A DNA stretch of 64,000 nucleotides from Octopus vulgaris (Eukaryota), in assembly GCA_951406725.2 (NCBI GenBank), contig OX597822.1:89156001-89220000 (forward strand), read 5' to 3'. This document shows positions 27,120 through 41,306 of this stretch, piece after piece. The notes beneath the pieces are model-generated. The model searched no databases, was not told the origin of the DNA, and worked only from the letters and a program-made list of their open reading frames with translations. Numbering within the stretch: the stretch's first letter is position 1; every line of letters starts with the position of its first letter. The translations under genes were made by a program, and so were the position numbers.

Positions 27120-30100
27120 CAACCTTGGCGTGTCAACAATCTTCAAGGAGTCCCAGCATCATTCGGAGATCTCCTCGGTTTTGCTATCATCACCAGAAAT
27201 TCGGCAAACGGGCTCGTTTCTGCAACCCACCCTGTGCATTCAGAGTAAATACCTCTACCAGTCTAGGAGGTTTAAGGGCGGCGAATGCTCCTGGTGCCAG
27301 TAAACCAAATCACCTTTTCTTCATTAATGATCGCTCAACAGGTACTTGTTTCTTATCGACACTGGTGCTGAGGTTAGTATCATTTCCGTTTCTCTAACTT
27401 CAGGTAATAGAAAACAGACACCAACTTTTCTTCAGGCATTTAGCTAATCGCCCATCCAGACTTTTGGTGAACAGTCCCTCACGCTAAATGTAGGCTTTCA
27501 ATGTGTTTTCCAGTGGATTTCCATCATTGCCAAGTTACCAACCCCTATTCTAGGAGTTGATTTTTTGCATCACTTCGGCCTCCTGGTCAGTGTCAAATGT
27601 GGCAGACTCGTTGATACATTAACTAACCTCACTGTGCATGGTATAACTGCACGTACATCCACAGTGGGTCCTCTCCTAGCTGATACGATACTATTCTCTG
27701 CCAATACCTGGACATCACTCGACTAATGTTTCGAAACAAGGACACCAAACACGATGCTACTCACCACATTAAAACGATCAGCCCACCTATTTGCTGTGCG
27801 ACCGCTTGAGGGTTGCTAAACAGGAGTTCCGACACATGTTGGATCTGGAGATTATTCAGCCATCCAGCAGCGGTTGGTTCACTCCACTCCATTTGGTACT
27901 CAAGAAAGAGATGAACGGCTGGCGCCCTTGCGAGGACTTTCAAGCTCCCAACAATTCTTCAGTGCCCGACACCAACCCCATATCACACTTCTACGATTTT
28001 TCCGGCTCACTGAACGAAGCTCGAATATTCTCCAACGTCGATCTTGTGTGTGCCTATAGTCAGATCTCGGTCGAACCTGCTGATGATTCGAAGACGGCCA
28101 TCAACATACCCTTCGGACTGTTCGAGTTCTTGTGGATGCCTTTTGGTCTGCGTAACGGCGCGTAGACATTCCAGCGCTTTATGGATACCGTCACACAGGG
28201 TTTACCGTTTGTCAACGCTTACATAGAGTAATTATGAGGGACATTTGCATCAACTTTTCCAATGGCTAGCTGAGTACGGTATTGTAATTAACACGAGTAA
28301 GTGCATCTTCGGAGTCACATCATTACCATTTCTTGTACATGTCGTCGACAAGGATGGAATTTGTCCCCTCCCCGAAAAAATGGATTGCATAGTCAACTTT
28401 CCTACACCTACATCCTCTGGAAATTACGCGAGTTTTTAGGATTAATTAATTTTTACCAGCGGTTCCTCTCTCACTGCGCTGAAGCAGCTCAGCCACTTAC
28501 GGATCTTCTTCGCAACAAACCGAGGAGGAATCATGCAATAATGCTAAGCGAAGCAGAGTTAGCCTCTTTCAATAAATTAAAGGATTTGCTAGCTAGGGCT
28601 GTGATACTGGTTTATCTAAAACCTGATGCTCTATTGTGTACTGGTTCACGCGTCTCTTTCCAGATTCGGTGGTGTACTTCAACAGTTAGTGGATGGCGTT
28701 TGGCAACCCTTATCCTTCTCTTCGAAGCAACTTCAGCCCGCAGAGGCTAAATACAGTACTTTCGAGTGTGAATTGCTGGTAGCGTATCTATCTGTCAAAC
28801 ATTTTCACAATATGTTAGAAGTGTCTGTTTTCAGCATCTATACGGATCACAAACCACTTGTATACGCTTTCAACGTGACACCTGATCGCCACTCATCTAG
28901 AGAAGTTCGTCACCTCGACTTCATCTCGCACGGATATTTGGTATATCAAAGGTTCGGCCAACGCAGCAGCAGACGCGCTCTCACGCATCCAACTCAATGC
29001 ATTGCAAGCCCAGCAACAATCAATCGCAGCAGATCAGGAAGGCAACGAAGAGCTTATTAAGCTTCGGAATTCGTTGTCCCTTAAATTCCAGCTATTTCCA
29101 CTACCTTCTTCTGCCGGTCATATGTGGTGCGATACTTCCATCAGTCATGAACGCCCTTACGTGCTCAACACAGAAAATGATACCAACTCGTTTTATGTGG
29201 ACGAATATTAACAAAGACATCAGCGCTTGGGTTAGGAGTTGCATCGCATGTCAAAAAGCGAAAATCCATCATCATGTAAAATCACCACTCGGCACTTTCG
29301 CAACACCTGATGCACGTTTCCAACACGTGCATATAGATATCGTTGGACCTCAACCTCTTTCTCGCAACTGCACTCACCTTCTCACCTGCGTCGAAAGATT
29401 TTCTCGCCGGCCTGAAGCTTCCCCCCTGTCGGATACTTCTGCGGAAACGCTAGTGTTTGACTGGGTTTTGCGTTTTGGCACATCCACGACGATTACTACG
29501 GACAGAGGACGTCAGTTCGATTCCCACATTTACTCCAAGCTGACTCATCTCCTTGGGTGTAAACACACCCATACAACAGTGTATCACCCTGCGGCTAACG
29601 GTATGGTTGCACATTTCCACTGCCAACTTAAAGCAGCTATCAAAGCTTACCCAAATCCTGTTAACTGGTTGGCATTCCTACCACTAATTCTCCTCAGTAT
29701 TCGCGTATCCGTCAAATATGGTATCGGATATTCACCGGCGAAATAGGTTTACGGTACCACACTGATCCTACTTGGGCAGATGATCACTCCTGTTCCTCCA
29801 CAGCATTTTCCTGATCCAACAACATATGTACATCGTCTCCGAACACACATGTCCCATGACCTACCTAATGGCTCTCGTTCCCATAACGTCGGCACGTATG
29901 TCCCATCGGACATGAATCAATGGACGCACGTTTTTGCCCAGAACGATGGAATACCATCACAACTTCGCCCACTGTACTCAGGTCCCAACAGGGTACTTCA
30001 GAGAAAAGAAATGTTTCATCATCGACATAAATGGAAAGAAAAACTATCAGCATTGATCGCCTTAAGAAAGCTATCATAAGTTTCAACTCAGCATCATCAG

Positions 30101-30200
30101 CATCAACTCCTCACCAAACGGACACAACATTGTCAACATTGTCAAGCCTTCCACAAGCCCTTCAACATCCCCACAGCAACCCCGTACAAGAAGCGGGCGA
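27120..30200 (+). mobile_element. Decayed Ty3/Gypsy gag-pol (CsRn1-like), LTRs not identified
   Basis: CYHHQKFGKRARFCNPPC (CHCC gag motif), FLIDTGAEVS protease, PFGLFEFLWMPFGLRNGA RT, RNase H YTDHKPL, integrase ITTDRGRQF; many stops and frameshifts. Confidence 0.9.
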
Positions 30201-30621
30201 AAGGTCCTCAATTAGGACACAATTTTCAGGTGAGTGATTTACATGAGTGATTTTCAATATATTAATTTCAACAGACTACATATTGAAACTGCCTCAATAC
30301 TGTATTTTCTTTTCTCTCTCTTTCTGTTTGAAGTTTACAAAGTCTATAATTTCTGTACGAACACTCAAAATACTTTATTTTTACTATGAACTCCACAAGG
30401 ACCATACCTTCATCACTGACATGGTAAAAATTCAACTTTTCTAAATATACAAAGGACCTCCTTTTGTTACAAATTGTACAAAGGCCCTATTTTCCGTGAG
30501 GAGTTTTTTCCTCACCCTGTTTTGCTCGCATGTTTATCGTATTGCATGTGTATATATACATATATATATATTTATATATATACATACATACATACATATG
30601 TCTATAAATATTGTCTTTGTC

Positions 30622-31532
30622 CCGGAAGAAAAAATAACTTTCAGCTAGGGACTGTCGGACTCTTACGCGAATTGTTAGAAGATCACAAAGGTACAGCTCC
30701 CAAAATTACTGCAGAGCTTAATGACCACCTCGAGAACCCAGTTTCCACAAAAACTTCGTCGGGAGCTGCACAAAGCCGGATTTCACGAGAGGGCTGCAAT
30801 CAGAAAACCGCTACTTTCAAAAACAAAAGATGCAAAGCGTTTAGAGTGGAGTAAAAACAAACAATTTGTTCCTAGAGCAGTGGAAGAATGTTATTTTCTT
30901 GGACAAGTCATCCTTTACCTTATTTCCGACCACCAGCCGAGTATACGTTTGGAGATAGCCAAAAGAAGCATTTGACCCAGTCTGCCTTCTTCCAACTGTT
31001 AAACATAGAGGAGGATCAGTGATGATCTGGGGAGGGGGGGGGCTATATCTTGGAAATCTGCCGGTGAAATGGTTTCCCTTCATGGCAGGGTTAATAGTCA
31101 AGACTATTTAAGCATTTTATCTGATAAAATTCATCCTATGGTTGCGGAACTGTTTCTGGAGGGAAATGCAATCTTTCAGGATGATAATGCACCAATTCAT
31201 ACAGCTAAAGTTGTTACTGAATGGCACAAGGAACATCTAGTGAAGTTGAACATCTTATCTGGCCACCACAGTCCCCAGATCTCAATACTATTGAACATTT
31301 ATGATGTATTTTAGAAAAACATGTAAGGAGTCAATATCCTCCACCATCATCACTACAAGAACTGGAGACTGTTTTAGCTGAAGAATGGACAAAAATTCCT
31401 TTGGAAACTTTGTACGAGTCCATACCTCGTAGAATTCAAGCTGTAAATAGTGCGAAAGTCGGTCCTACCCCATATTAAAATAAATTTGTTTGAAATTTTA
31501 AGGTGTTTCCATTATTTTGTCCAACCCCTGTA
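30622..31532 (+). mobile_element. Tc1 transposon 3' part with terminal TIR
   Basis: TVKHRGGSVMIWG, IFQDDNAPIHTAK, WPPQSPDLNTIEHL; TIR GGTGTTTCCATTATTTTGTCCAACCCCTG+TA identical to the one at 11430-11460. Confidence 0.9.
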
Positions 31533-31756
31533 TATGTATATATAGGTGTAGTGTTGCAAAGAAAAGTAGAACTCAGAATATGCGTATATGTATATTTTTA
31601 TTAAAATTTAGCAGAAGTAACTGAGTGAGTCAAAGTTTAAGTGCCAACGCACGAAACCTTCAGACCGTGGTCACTCTGTTATTTCTGCTAGATATTAATA
31701 TATACATACATACGTACGTGTATGAGTGTGTGTATGTATGTTTGTATGTATGTATG

Positions 31757-32292
31757 AGAAGGCATAGCTATTGATCGTAGCAGGTGGCGAAGGATTGTGC
31801 ACGAAAGGACAGCTACTTTTAAGAAATCTCGAGTTGCACATGAGAAAGTAAGGAGGGGTGTCAGGAAGGGCATCGCTATTACACTTCCAGATGGGAATGG
31901 TCTTCCTATGATGCTGACATGCAGTGTCTGTGCAAGACCCTGCCTCAGTAAAGCTGGACTCAAGAGTCATCTTCGTAGTCATAAAGCGAGACAGATGAGT
32001 GACAACCTGGCCACTGGTATGGTGTAACACACCATACTAATCATGTCTGTCGGGCATGTGGAAGAGAGTGTAATTCGGCAGGAGGACTTAAACGACATAC
32101 AAAGGTACATGAAGCCCAGTTACAACTACAACCGGCTATTACCGGTAAAGGTTTTAGTTGCCAATTCTGTACAAGACATTGTAGATCTTTAGCTGGGCTA
32201 AAAAGTCACATTCGATCACAGCACCAATAACAGTTAAGCTTCGTGCAATGGCCATACTCGATAACGAGGGGGCGGCCATCATGTATGTATGT
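31757..32292 (+). mobile_element. 5'-truncated RTE-clade LINE with three C2H2 fingers and (TATG)n tail
   Basis: IAIDRSRWRRIVHE; CSVCARPCLSKAGLKSHLRSH; CRACGRECNSAGGLKRH; CQFCTRHCRSLAGLKSHIRSQH; flanked by (TATG)n. Confidence 0.75.
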
Positions 32293-35156
32293 AAAAGCAC
32301 AGTCTTTTTTACACCTACCAGGCTCGTTCGTATTAACCAAGTTGCTGGATAATTTTTCGTTCATTTAAGAATATTGTAGAACGGAAACTTTTCATAGATT
32401 TGAATTTAAATCCCAATCTCTATAGAAATTTATTGTTTCAAGAAAATATTGAATTTGAATTACTTTTAATTCTTACAATTATAGATAACAACTCGAGCTG
32501 TAACTTCTGAGGTTGAGTCAGGCGCGTGTGAACGATGTCAAGAGAGCAACTGCTACGAATGATATTTTTTGATAAAGGGCACCTCTAAGACGCTGAACGA
32601 AAAGAAATGAACTGCGACCAAGTTCAATAAAAGGAGCCCGAGTTATTGGCTGCAATTTATATGTTAGCAGAAATTAAATCAGTTTGCAAATACATGTTCA
32701 TGTTACTAAATTTATACTCCGGCTAAGTCCGAATAGCCCAAGTGCCGGAGTGTGTGTGTATATCAGTTGAATAAAGTTAAAACATGGTCTGGTTTTCACG
32801 TTTTATATTATTGTATTAAAAAAAATTTTTTTACAATGTTGAAGTGTGTTAAACATTAAAAAAATATTTCTTAACGTTCATCAAGTTTAATTAACGCTTT
32901 CATACGTTTGTAGTAATCATCAGGTTTCAAAATGTACTTGACTGACAGTTGAGGTCTTAACTATAGTAAAATGACTGAGTTCTTCCTTTTTATACCTCTA
33001 ACAAGGCTCCAACAAGCTGGATTTTTCGAATACGGTTTTTACCAATCTACATACAGCTTAAACGTCACGGTCCGCCGGGCGCACCGATATTACTGGCATA
33101 GATCCCGCCTTTATTTTAACCAATACGCTTGCGGTTTACACGTAATGGTTTTATTTCGATTGGTGGGAGTTTCCCATAATTTGTTTATATTCATATATTA
33201 AATATATTTTTTAATCCACATCATTAACTGGTTGTTATAATATTGTTGTTATTTCCGTTCAGAACAGGTTTGAACATTTTAATTAAACGTTTTTCTTTTA
33301 TCTTTCTTTCAGCCTCACTTGTGTCATGTAGCTTGTGGAAAGGAAAAATTAGAAGCATTTTCTGACCACATGTTTCTATATGTTCGCTCAACGGAATTTG
33401 GCGAACATTAGTGTTCGGATTTGTTGTCTGTAGACTCGTGAGCGTTCCGATAATGCATTCATTGTCTCGCCAATATATAGTTCCTCGCAATTAGGGCATT
33501 TAATGCAGTGGATTAAATTTCTGGTTTTGCAGTTCATATCTGCATTTGCAAAAATCTGTCCGTTTTATGTTCTAATGGATCTACCAGTATGCATATATTG
33601 ACACGTTCCACATCTGTTATTACACTTGGATATTGTGAATGTTTTATCCTGCTTGTTCATGTTGAATTTTCCCTTTGTTAATAGTTTCTTTAGGTTATGT
33701 GGTTACCTTTTGCTTAAGATAAGTGTATGATTAGTTATTATGTTTTTTTAAAAGTTTTTCACTTTGTTTCATGATTGGCAAATTTGTTTTGATGATGTTA
33801 AAAATGTTTTGGTGATGCGAATTGTACGTTACTAGAAATGGTGTTGTGTTCAGTTGATAGGTTCGTTTTTCTCGTGTTGCCCTAAGTTACTCTCTAGATA
33901 TCTTTTTTGCTCGTTGTATGCTATTTTCTATAAGTAGGAGAGGGTATTTTCGCTTGAGCAGAAATCCTTTTGAGTTCTACAAGTCCTGGTATTTGGATCA
34001 TCTGCTGTAGCATAAATTTTCCTGGCTAGACAGTACGGGATGTTGCGTTTTGTGTGTGTTGGGTGGCATGATTTGAAATTTAAGTACTGGTGTGTATCTG
34101 TGCTTTTGTAATAAATATCAGTTGTGATTGTGGTGTTGTTTTTAATTACCATTATGTCAGGAATTGGTAATTGTATGTTGCTCATTTCTCTTGTGAATTT
34201 GAGACTAGGGTGTAGATTGTTGAGGAGGGTGCTGAATTCTTCCAGATTTTCTAGGAATTTGGTCCAAATTAGGAAACAATCATCGAGGTATCTTTTCCAT
34301 GTGTCCTCTATATGTCTTCTAAAGGTCATGCCGTAGTTCCCTTCAATTTTTTAAAAAATAGGTTTTGTTCCAAGTATCCCAATACTGAGTTCACGAAAAC
34401 TGGAGCAAATCGCGTCCCCATAGTTGTGCCTCGAATTTGGAGGCAGTCTTTCCGTTGAAAAGGAATGTATTGTTTTCGAGGATTAGGCTGACCACGCCTA
34501 GTATGAAAGTTGCTGTAAATCTACTGGCGATCACTTCTCTCTGTTTCTCGACCCAATATTTTATGGTAGCAATTCCCAAATCACGTGAAATGTCCGTATA
34601 TAAGTTTACTAGATTCTGTTGTTTTGGGCAGATGTGAGAGGAAATTGATGTCATCCCGAATGAAACTGGATATGTGACTACATAGTGACAATGAAGTTGC
34701 TCAGACGATGTATGGGATAAGCTGGACCAGGTTTAATGGATCTTAGTTTAAGATCTTTTGGTTGCAGCAGTTTTATGTATTCATTAACTTGTTCTTTTAT
34801 AGCGTTTTGTATTTCTTTTGACTTATGTATTTTAGGTAAGCCATAGAAGTTGTTGGATTTCAACACAAAATTGGTAATATAGTGCCTTTCATTAGGAGTG
34901 AGGGAGTTATAATGTTTTAAGATTAAATAATTGAGTTTCTTCATGATGCGGTGGTCAATATTTGAGGGTATTTCACGATAGAACGTTGTAGCCTTCAAAT
35001 GATCTTCAGCTAAATCCCGGTAATATTCCGTATCCATTATAACAATGGCACCCCCTTTATCCGCTTGTTTGATGACAATTGTGTTGTCATTTTAAAGATA
35101 GACGGACAATTATTCGACAGACAGTTGACTAACAGACAACTTACAGACAGGACAAT

Positions 35157-35290
35157 TGTGTGGTATGGTGCAGAGTCCTGTTGCCAGACATAGGGTTTTC
35201 CAGCAACCAGCCTCTTGACCCAGGGCAGCACAACCTCCTCCAGGCACTTGATGTAGGCCTCCGTGTTGAGTCTGAGGCAGTGTGGGAATT
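35157..35290 (-). mobile_element. Tc1/mariner transposase fragment inside the PLE
   Basis: FPHCLRLNTEAYIKCLEEVVLPWVKRLVAGKPYVWQQDSAPYHT. Confidence 0.75.
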
Positions 35291-36086
35291 GTCTGTTGGC
35301 CAATTGTCTCTACACGCATTTTAAAGACATATAAGAGCAGACTTTTCTAGTTTTTAAGTGTTTGGTCTAACGTTGATGCAGAAATCCAGAGGAAATCTGA
35401 AGAGGATATCAATGAACTGATCTAGATGTGTATTTCGTCCTTTTGTGGGGGTTAAATTTTGATTTATTCTTCGCCAAGGATTCGTCATTCTCATTATTTT
35501 TATTAGTAAAAAAAAACTCCACAAGTAGTTTCCGACAAAAGTTTTGGATATCTTTCTCCAATTCCTGATGGTTGACTGTAGGTGTTGGTGTGAATTTTAG
35601 TCCTTTCATCAATAATCGAAATTCGTCACTGTCTATATTTCTTTTTGACAAATTAATAATTTTAGGGTCTATCTTATCAGTTGTTTTAGAGTTGTTTCTT
35701 CTTGGACTTTTTCTTTCTCCGGTGTTTCTTGTCTTGAACCTAAAAAAATAGATTCTTTTTTTGTCTATTATTTCTTCTATTATTAACATCTTTTATCTGG
35801 TGAGTTTTGTATTTTAGTTGTAGTGTTTGGTTAAGTATGATTTATCTTTTGTACCTTGGTGTGGGTATATTATCTATATTTTCAATTTGTGAAAAGAATT
35901 TTTTGGGTTTATTTGACGGTCTAGTTTGTTTTTTGTTCTGTTTCTAATACGTAATTTTTGTTGAGGTCTTTAATGTGATTCCTTCCCAGCTTTTCTTCCT
36001 TTAATATTTTGATCAAATGAATAATTGTTTTGTTTACTGACGTTTTTATCAAAGGAATGTTTGTTTTGTTTATGGTATTCTGGTAT

Positions 36087-36310
36087 TCTGGCAGAAACGT
36101 TAGTACGCCGGGCGAAATGCGTAGCCGTATTTCGTCTGTCGTTACGTTCTGAGTTCAAATTCCGCCGAGGTAGACTTTGCCTTTCATCCTTTCGGGGTCG
36201 ATAATTAAGTACCAGTTACGCACTGGCATCGATATAATCGACTTAATCCGTTTGTCTGTCCTTGTTTGTCCTCTCTGTGTTTAGCCCCTTGTGGGTAGTA
36301 AAGAAATAGT
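36087..36310 (+). mobile_element. SINE family D with 11-bp TSD, inserted in the PLE
   Basis: TATTCTGGTAT at 36076-36086 and 36311-36321; body near-identical to 62620-62839. Confidence 0.85.
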
Positions 36311-38344
36311 TATTCTGGTATGTTACGTAACTGGTATGTTTCTTTGTATTTTTAAATGATAAAAAGTTCTTACCGTATTTCCTTTATGGTTGACATGTTT
36401 TCGTGTATGTTGTGTTGGTTAGGTTGCTTCCTTATATTTCTTTTACGTGGTACTGAGGTGTCATTACCGTAGTTTTCAGCATAACCAAGGATCAATTGTT
36501 TCTTTTGCTATAAATGTCTTCTTGATTTACTTTCTCCCTTTGTAATATCTTTAATCCACATCTCTTTCATTTTCTCAGCTATGTTTTTCTGTGTCTATTT
36601 TCGATATTGCCTCGATAATTTTATTGTCCTCCGTTTCGTATTTTGTCTTGAATCGATACTTTTATCGAGACGTCTGTCTTCAATTTTGACATAGCGTCCA
36701 TCTTAGTTTTGTTTCTTCCTCCGGTTCTCCTATAATTTCCTTAATTAAGAATTTACGAGAAAGTATGGGTACGTCTGACTCAATATATATAAAATGTATA
36801 TATGTATCGAAACAGGAAATTTGAAAAAAAATTGGGGTAATTATATATTCACCATTGCACGTGTTAAAAAATTGTACATGTTACAGAAACATGTAAGATA
36901 TATCCTATTAGAAATTCATCAGGCAGAGAAACAAATAATGCAAAATTTACATTTGGATGAAGCTTTAATTAATAATTAGTAATCAGAAACGTAAATTTTG
37001 TATTATTTGATCTTCTCTCAGAAATATTTCTTGTAGAAGATAGCTTTATAGCTTTGTTAAGCTATACACAAACAAACTTGTTGAGATAAGAATATATTTA
37101 TCAAAGGTTTACTACTTTACGTACATCAAGTCTTAAGTCTCCAGTTATTTCTGTTTAGTTGATTCAGATTCGTTTAACGTTCACTGCTAACATTATTTTG
37201 TTTCCCTCCTCAAACCGAAAGTCACCTTTGCTGCTGACCAACTCCGTAGCTAGCCCGCTACGAAGTTCCTGTCTACAGATCGTCTGTCATGAATCCTGCC
37301 CTACAGCTTACATGTTTCTCCTACATGTACAATTTTGTTACTCTTATTAACAGATGAAACACATGTAATAGTGAATAAAAAATACCATTTTTTTTCAATC
37401 TCCTCTTTTCATATGTAATTACTTTGCAAAAACTATTTTCCAGTTTTTTCAACTCTTACGCATGCCCCACGCAATTATAACCTCTACATACAGTTTCGGA
37501 GTACTGGATTATGTAAAAGTGCTTCCTGAGGAGACAGCTTGGTTTATAAACTATAACGGAGATGAGAAATTGAGGGAAATGTGGAAATGGATATACGACT
37601 AGAGATGAAATTAACTAGTGAGCGACGGTTTATTCTCCGTTATAAAATACAATGATTGCCATACATGAAATGAAATAACATAACAGGTCACAACAAAGAG
37701 CTATGAGAGACTTCGTGGTTAGGCAGGACCGTTCATCTTGTAGACACATTTGACGTACTGTTTGGTGGTGTGTTGGTCTGTTGGTTGTGTGATTTTCATA
37801 CAGCAACGATGTAGACAGGTGTCCGGTGGAATTGAAAGCGGAGACTGGCTGGTGTCAGACACAACGTTGACGCAGACGAGTTGCGTGTACCAAAGACCTA
37901 GAGCAGTCGAGGACTGCCGTCATTATAGAGAATAGCAGGCTCTCAGGAACTGGCGATTAATTTCCCGCCTAAGGTAAAATGAACTGTTGTGCCAACATGA
38001 CTGGACGGTTGGAAACCAACCAATAAAAACAACAAATTCAGCTAATCACAAGGACCTGCTGGAACGAAAAGGCTTGTGAAGCTGATATTCGGGGATTTAA
38101 GCCTAGATAACCTATAACGAAAACATCATATACATAATGGCAGTGCAAATCACGTCTGCTACAAACCCTTTATACATACTATATGCATGCATGCTTCATG
38201 CAATGGCCATACTCGATAACGAGGGGACAGCCATCATGTATGTATGTATGTATGTATGTATGTATGTATGTATGTATGTATGTATGTATGTATGTATGTA
38301 TGTATGTATGTATGTATGTATTGTGTGTGTGTGTGTGTGTGTGT

Positions 38345-38495
38345 GATTATGTGGTAAGAAGCTAGCTTCCCAACCACATGGTTCCGGATTCAGTCCCACT
38401 GCGTGACACCTTGGGTGAGTGTCTTCTACTATAGCTTCGGGCCGACCAAAGCCTTGTGAGTGGATTAGGTAGACGGAAACTGAAAGAAGCCCGTC

Positions 38496-38552
<57 letters not shown>

Positions 38553-38794
38553 TGTGTGTATGTGTGCGTGTGTGTGTGTCTTTGTGCCGGTGTTTGTCCC
38601 TGTACTATCGCTTGACAACATATGTTGGTGTGTTTAAATCCCCGTAACATAACGGTCCGGCCAAAAAGACCGATAGAATAAGTACTAGGCTTATAAAGAA
38701 TACGTCCTGGAATTGATTTCTTCAACTAAAAATTCCATTTAATGCGGTGCTCCAGTATGGCCGCAGTCAAATGACTGAAACAAGGAAAAGAGTA
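38345..38794 (+). mobile_element. SINE family A
   Basis: Same head, internal (AT)n(GT)n and tail as 41068-41520. Confidence 0.85.
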
Positions 38795-38865
38795 TACATA
38801 CATACATACATACATACATACATACATACATACATACATACATACATACATACATACATACATAC

Positions 38866-39541
38866 ATGATGGCTGTCCCCTCGTTATCGAGTATGGCCAT
38901 TGCATGAAGCTTAACTGTTATTGGTGCTGTGATTGAATGTCACTTTTATTTGCTTTTTAAGGCTACAGCCAGCCATTCAGTTGAGACTCACAGCACCATC
39001 AACAATCATGAGCAATGTTGTTATCGCGCAATGCCTGTGCAAGAAGATTTTTTTTTCAAAGTGAGGAAAGGCTGAGCACTGAGTCAATCCCACTCACTAA
39101 GCAACATCAGTCATAATCCAAAAAGAAGAAGTCAACATCATCAGTAACCACTGAGCCGCATGTTTTATGTCGGAGTTATCCCAGTTACCTGGTTACCTTC
39201 TCCTAGAAGGATGCCCTAACAAAGGCTAGGAGTCCTTCACTCCCAATGGTTTAACCGCGCGATCGGGTATTCAGTCCGATTATTTCTATGTCCCCGCGCA
39301 TGATACAGCCTTAAGCCTTAAGAAGAAAAAAAAACTACACTTTTATTGGATGGCCGCTGACTCTCAAGAGTTCTTCCGCCCTTTGACGGGTTTTGTTTTT
39401 CATCCCGCAAGGTGTCTAATAAACACCCTCCTCACCAAGCAAGCTTGGTGGGGTTGCCGGTTTAGTCGCCGACGGCCCGACTATGCAACAGGTTGTACTG
39501 GGTTACATGTTACCAGTAGCACTCGAAAGTGACCTGACATA
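38866..39541 (-). mobile_element. Bipartite non-autonomous RTE derivative (5' UTR fused to last ~80 bp), flanked by (CATA)n
   Basis: 38866-38948 is the reverse complement of the RTE 3' end at 32200-32283; the rest matches the segment at 18861-19125; microsatellite on both sides. Confidence 0.65.
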
Positions 39542-39636
39542 ACATACATACATACATACATCCATACATACACACATACATACATACATTCATACATACA
39601 TACATACATACATACACATACTATACGTACACACTT

Positions 39637-40580
39637 ACTAGGGCTGTGTTGAAAGCAGTGGAAAAGTAGATATAACTTTTTTTAATTGACAAGTCGTTTG
39701 AAATGTATATGTTGGTAGAGTAGCTCTTCTAGTACTTCCATCTTTACGGGCAAAAGAGAAACAATCCTTGCGACCATTGACACAAATCTCCAGCAAGTGA
39801 AAAAATTAATTCGTACAGCAAACTCACAATCTGTGTGTTTGGACTGTGATCACAACGCATTAAAGATGGTGGAAGACGTCGGTAATCGGAAAGTGTGTAC
39901 AAAGCGGGTTAACACGGTAGTTGACACTTTATTTGAAGAAGAGAACGGTGGATGTCTGCCATAATCTACTGGAAGCGTTTAAAGTCAACGAAGACATGAT
40001 TTTCCCGTTCTTGTAGCAACGTTTGAAATGTGGGCGTATCTGCAAGATATGGAAACAAAAGATCAGTCCTCGGATTGGCGTCACACTTCTTATCTAAGGT
40101 CTATGACACTTAAGAGCCAGTGATCAGCACAGTAAGTTATAATGACTGTTTTAGAAGATGGCAAAAGTATCATTGCCCTTGATTTTCTGTAACATGGTTG
40201 TTCCACGAACAGTGAGACACTAAAAAGGTTTAGAGGAGCCGTTACAAAGAAAAGCTCAAATAAGAATCTGAAAAACAATTCACATTTACCACAATGGGCG
40301 ACCACATTAATCTTTGATAACAAATCAGCACTCCCCACCTCTACCATACAGCCCGGACCTGGGCGCTTTCTGACTATCACTTGTTTGATACAATGAAGAG
40401 CAGTCTTCGAGTACAATGATTTGAAGACACACATGAAGTTGTGGGTAAATCAGGAGTTGAATTCAACAATGACGCAAATGCATCGCTTGTGATGGAGATT
40501 AGGTCGGGTAGTATCTTTGCATAGAAGAAGTGTTATTATGTCAACGCGTGCAATTTGAAGGGACTATATTGGTTTTTAAA
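39637..40580 (+). mobile_element. Highly decayed mariner element
   Basis: PYSPDL...SDYHLF motif at ~40344-40386; TACTAGGGCTGTGTTGAAA terminus-like start. Confidence 0.6.
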
Positions 40581-41011
40581 AAAGGTATGCCCACTTTTTG
40601 CATTATTTTCGGTACATACCTCGTATAAGCTTCGTGCAATGGCCTTACTCGATAACGAGGGGGCAGCCATAATGTATGTATGTATGTATGTATGTATGTA
40701 TGTATGTATGTATGTATGTATGTATGTATGTATGTATGTATGGATGGATGGATGTATACACACATGTCCAAACACACCATACATCCAACATATTAACTTT
40801 TGGGGGATCCTTGATATTTGGGGTGCAGGTAATTTTTTCCCTAAAAAAGGAAGAAGAATCCACCTCAATACAGGAATGGTACTTTATTTATCAATTCCGA
40901 GAGGATGAACAGCAAAATCAATTTCGGTGGGATTAAAGCTTAAAGCGCAGAAAGACTGAACAAACACTCTAAGGTCTTCTATTCACCACCGACATTTATT
41001 TACAAACGTGT

Positions 41012-41047
<36 letters not shown>

Positions 41048-41067
41048 ATACTTATATACACACATAC

Positions 41068-41233
41068 AGGCGCAGGAGTGGCTGTGTGGTAAGTAGCTTG
41101 TTTACCAACCACATGGTTCCGGGTTCAGTCCCACAGCGTGGCACCTTGGGCAAGTGTCTTCTACTATAGCCTTGGGCCGACCAAAGCCTTGTGAGTGGAT
41201 TTGGTAGACGGAAACTGAAAGAATCCCGTCGTA

Positions 41234-41306
<73 letters not shown>

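Larger units (their letters stand above)
32760..36780 (-). mobile_element. Decayed near-full-length Penelope-like element (RT plus GIY-YIG) with nested inserts
   Basis: KIINLS...LLMKGLKFTPTP; FYGLPKIHK; WKRYLDDCF; DIYYKSTDTHQYLNFKSCHP; GIY-YIG tail PLSEHIETCG...FKPVLN; HHR-like core CTGATGA..GAAA at 32898-32923 (-). Outer boundaries approximate. Confidence 0.85.
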
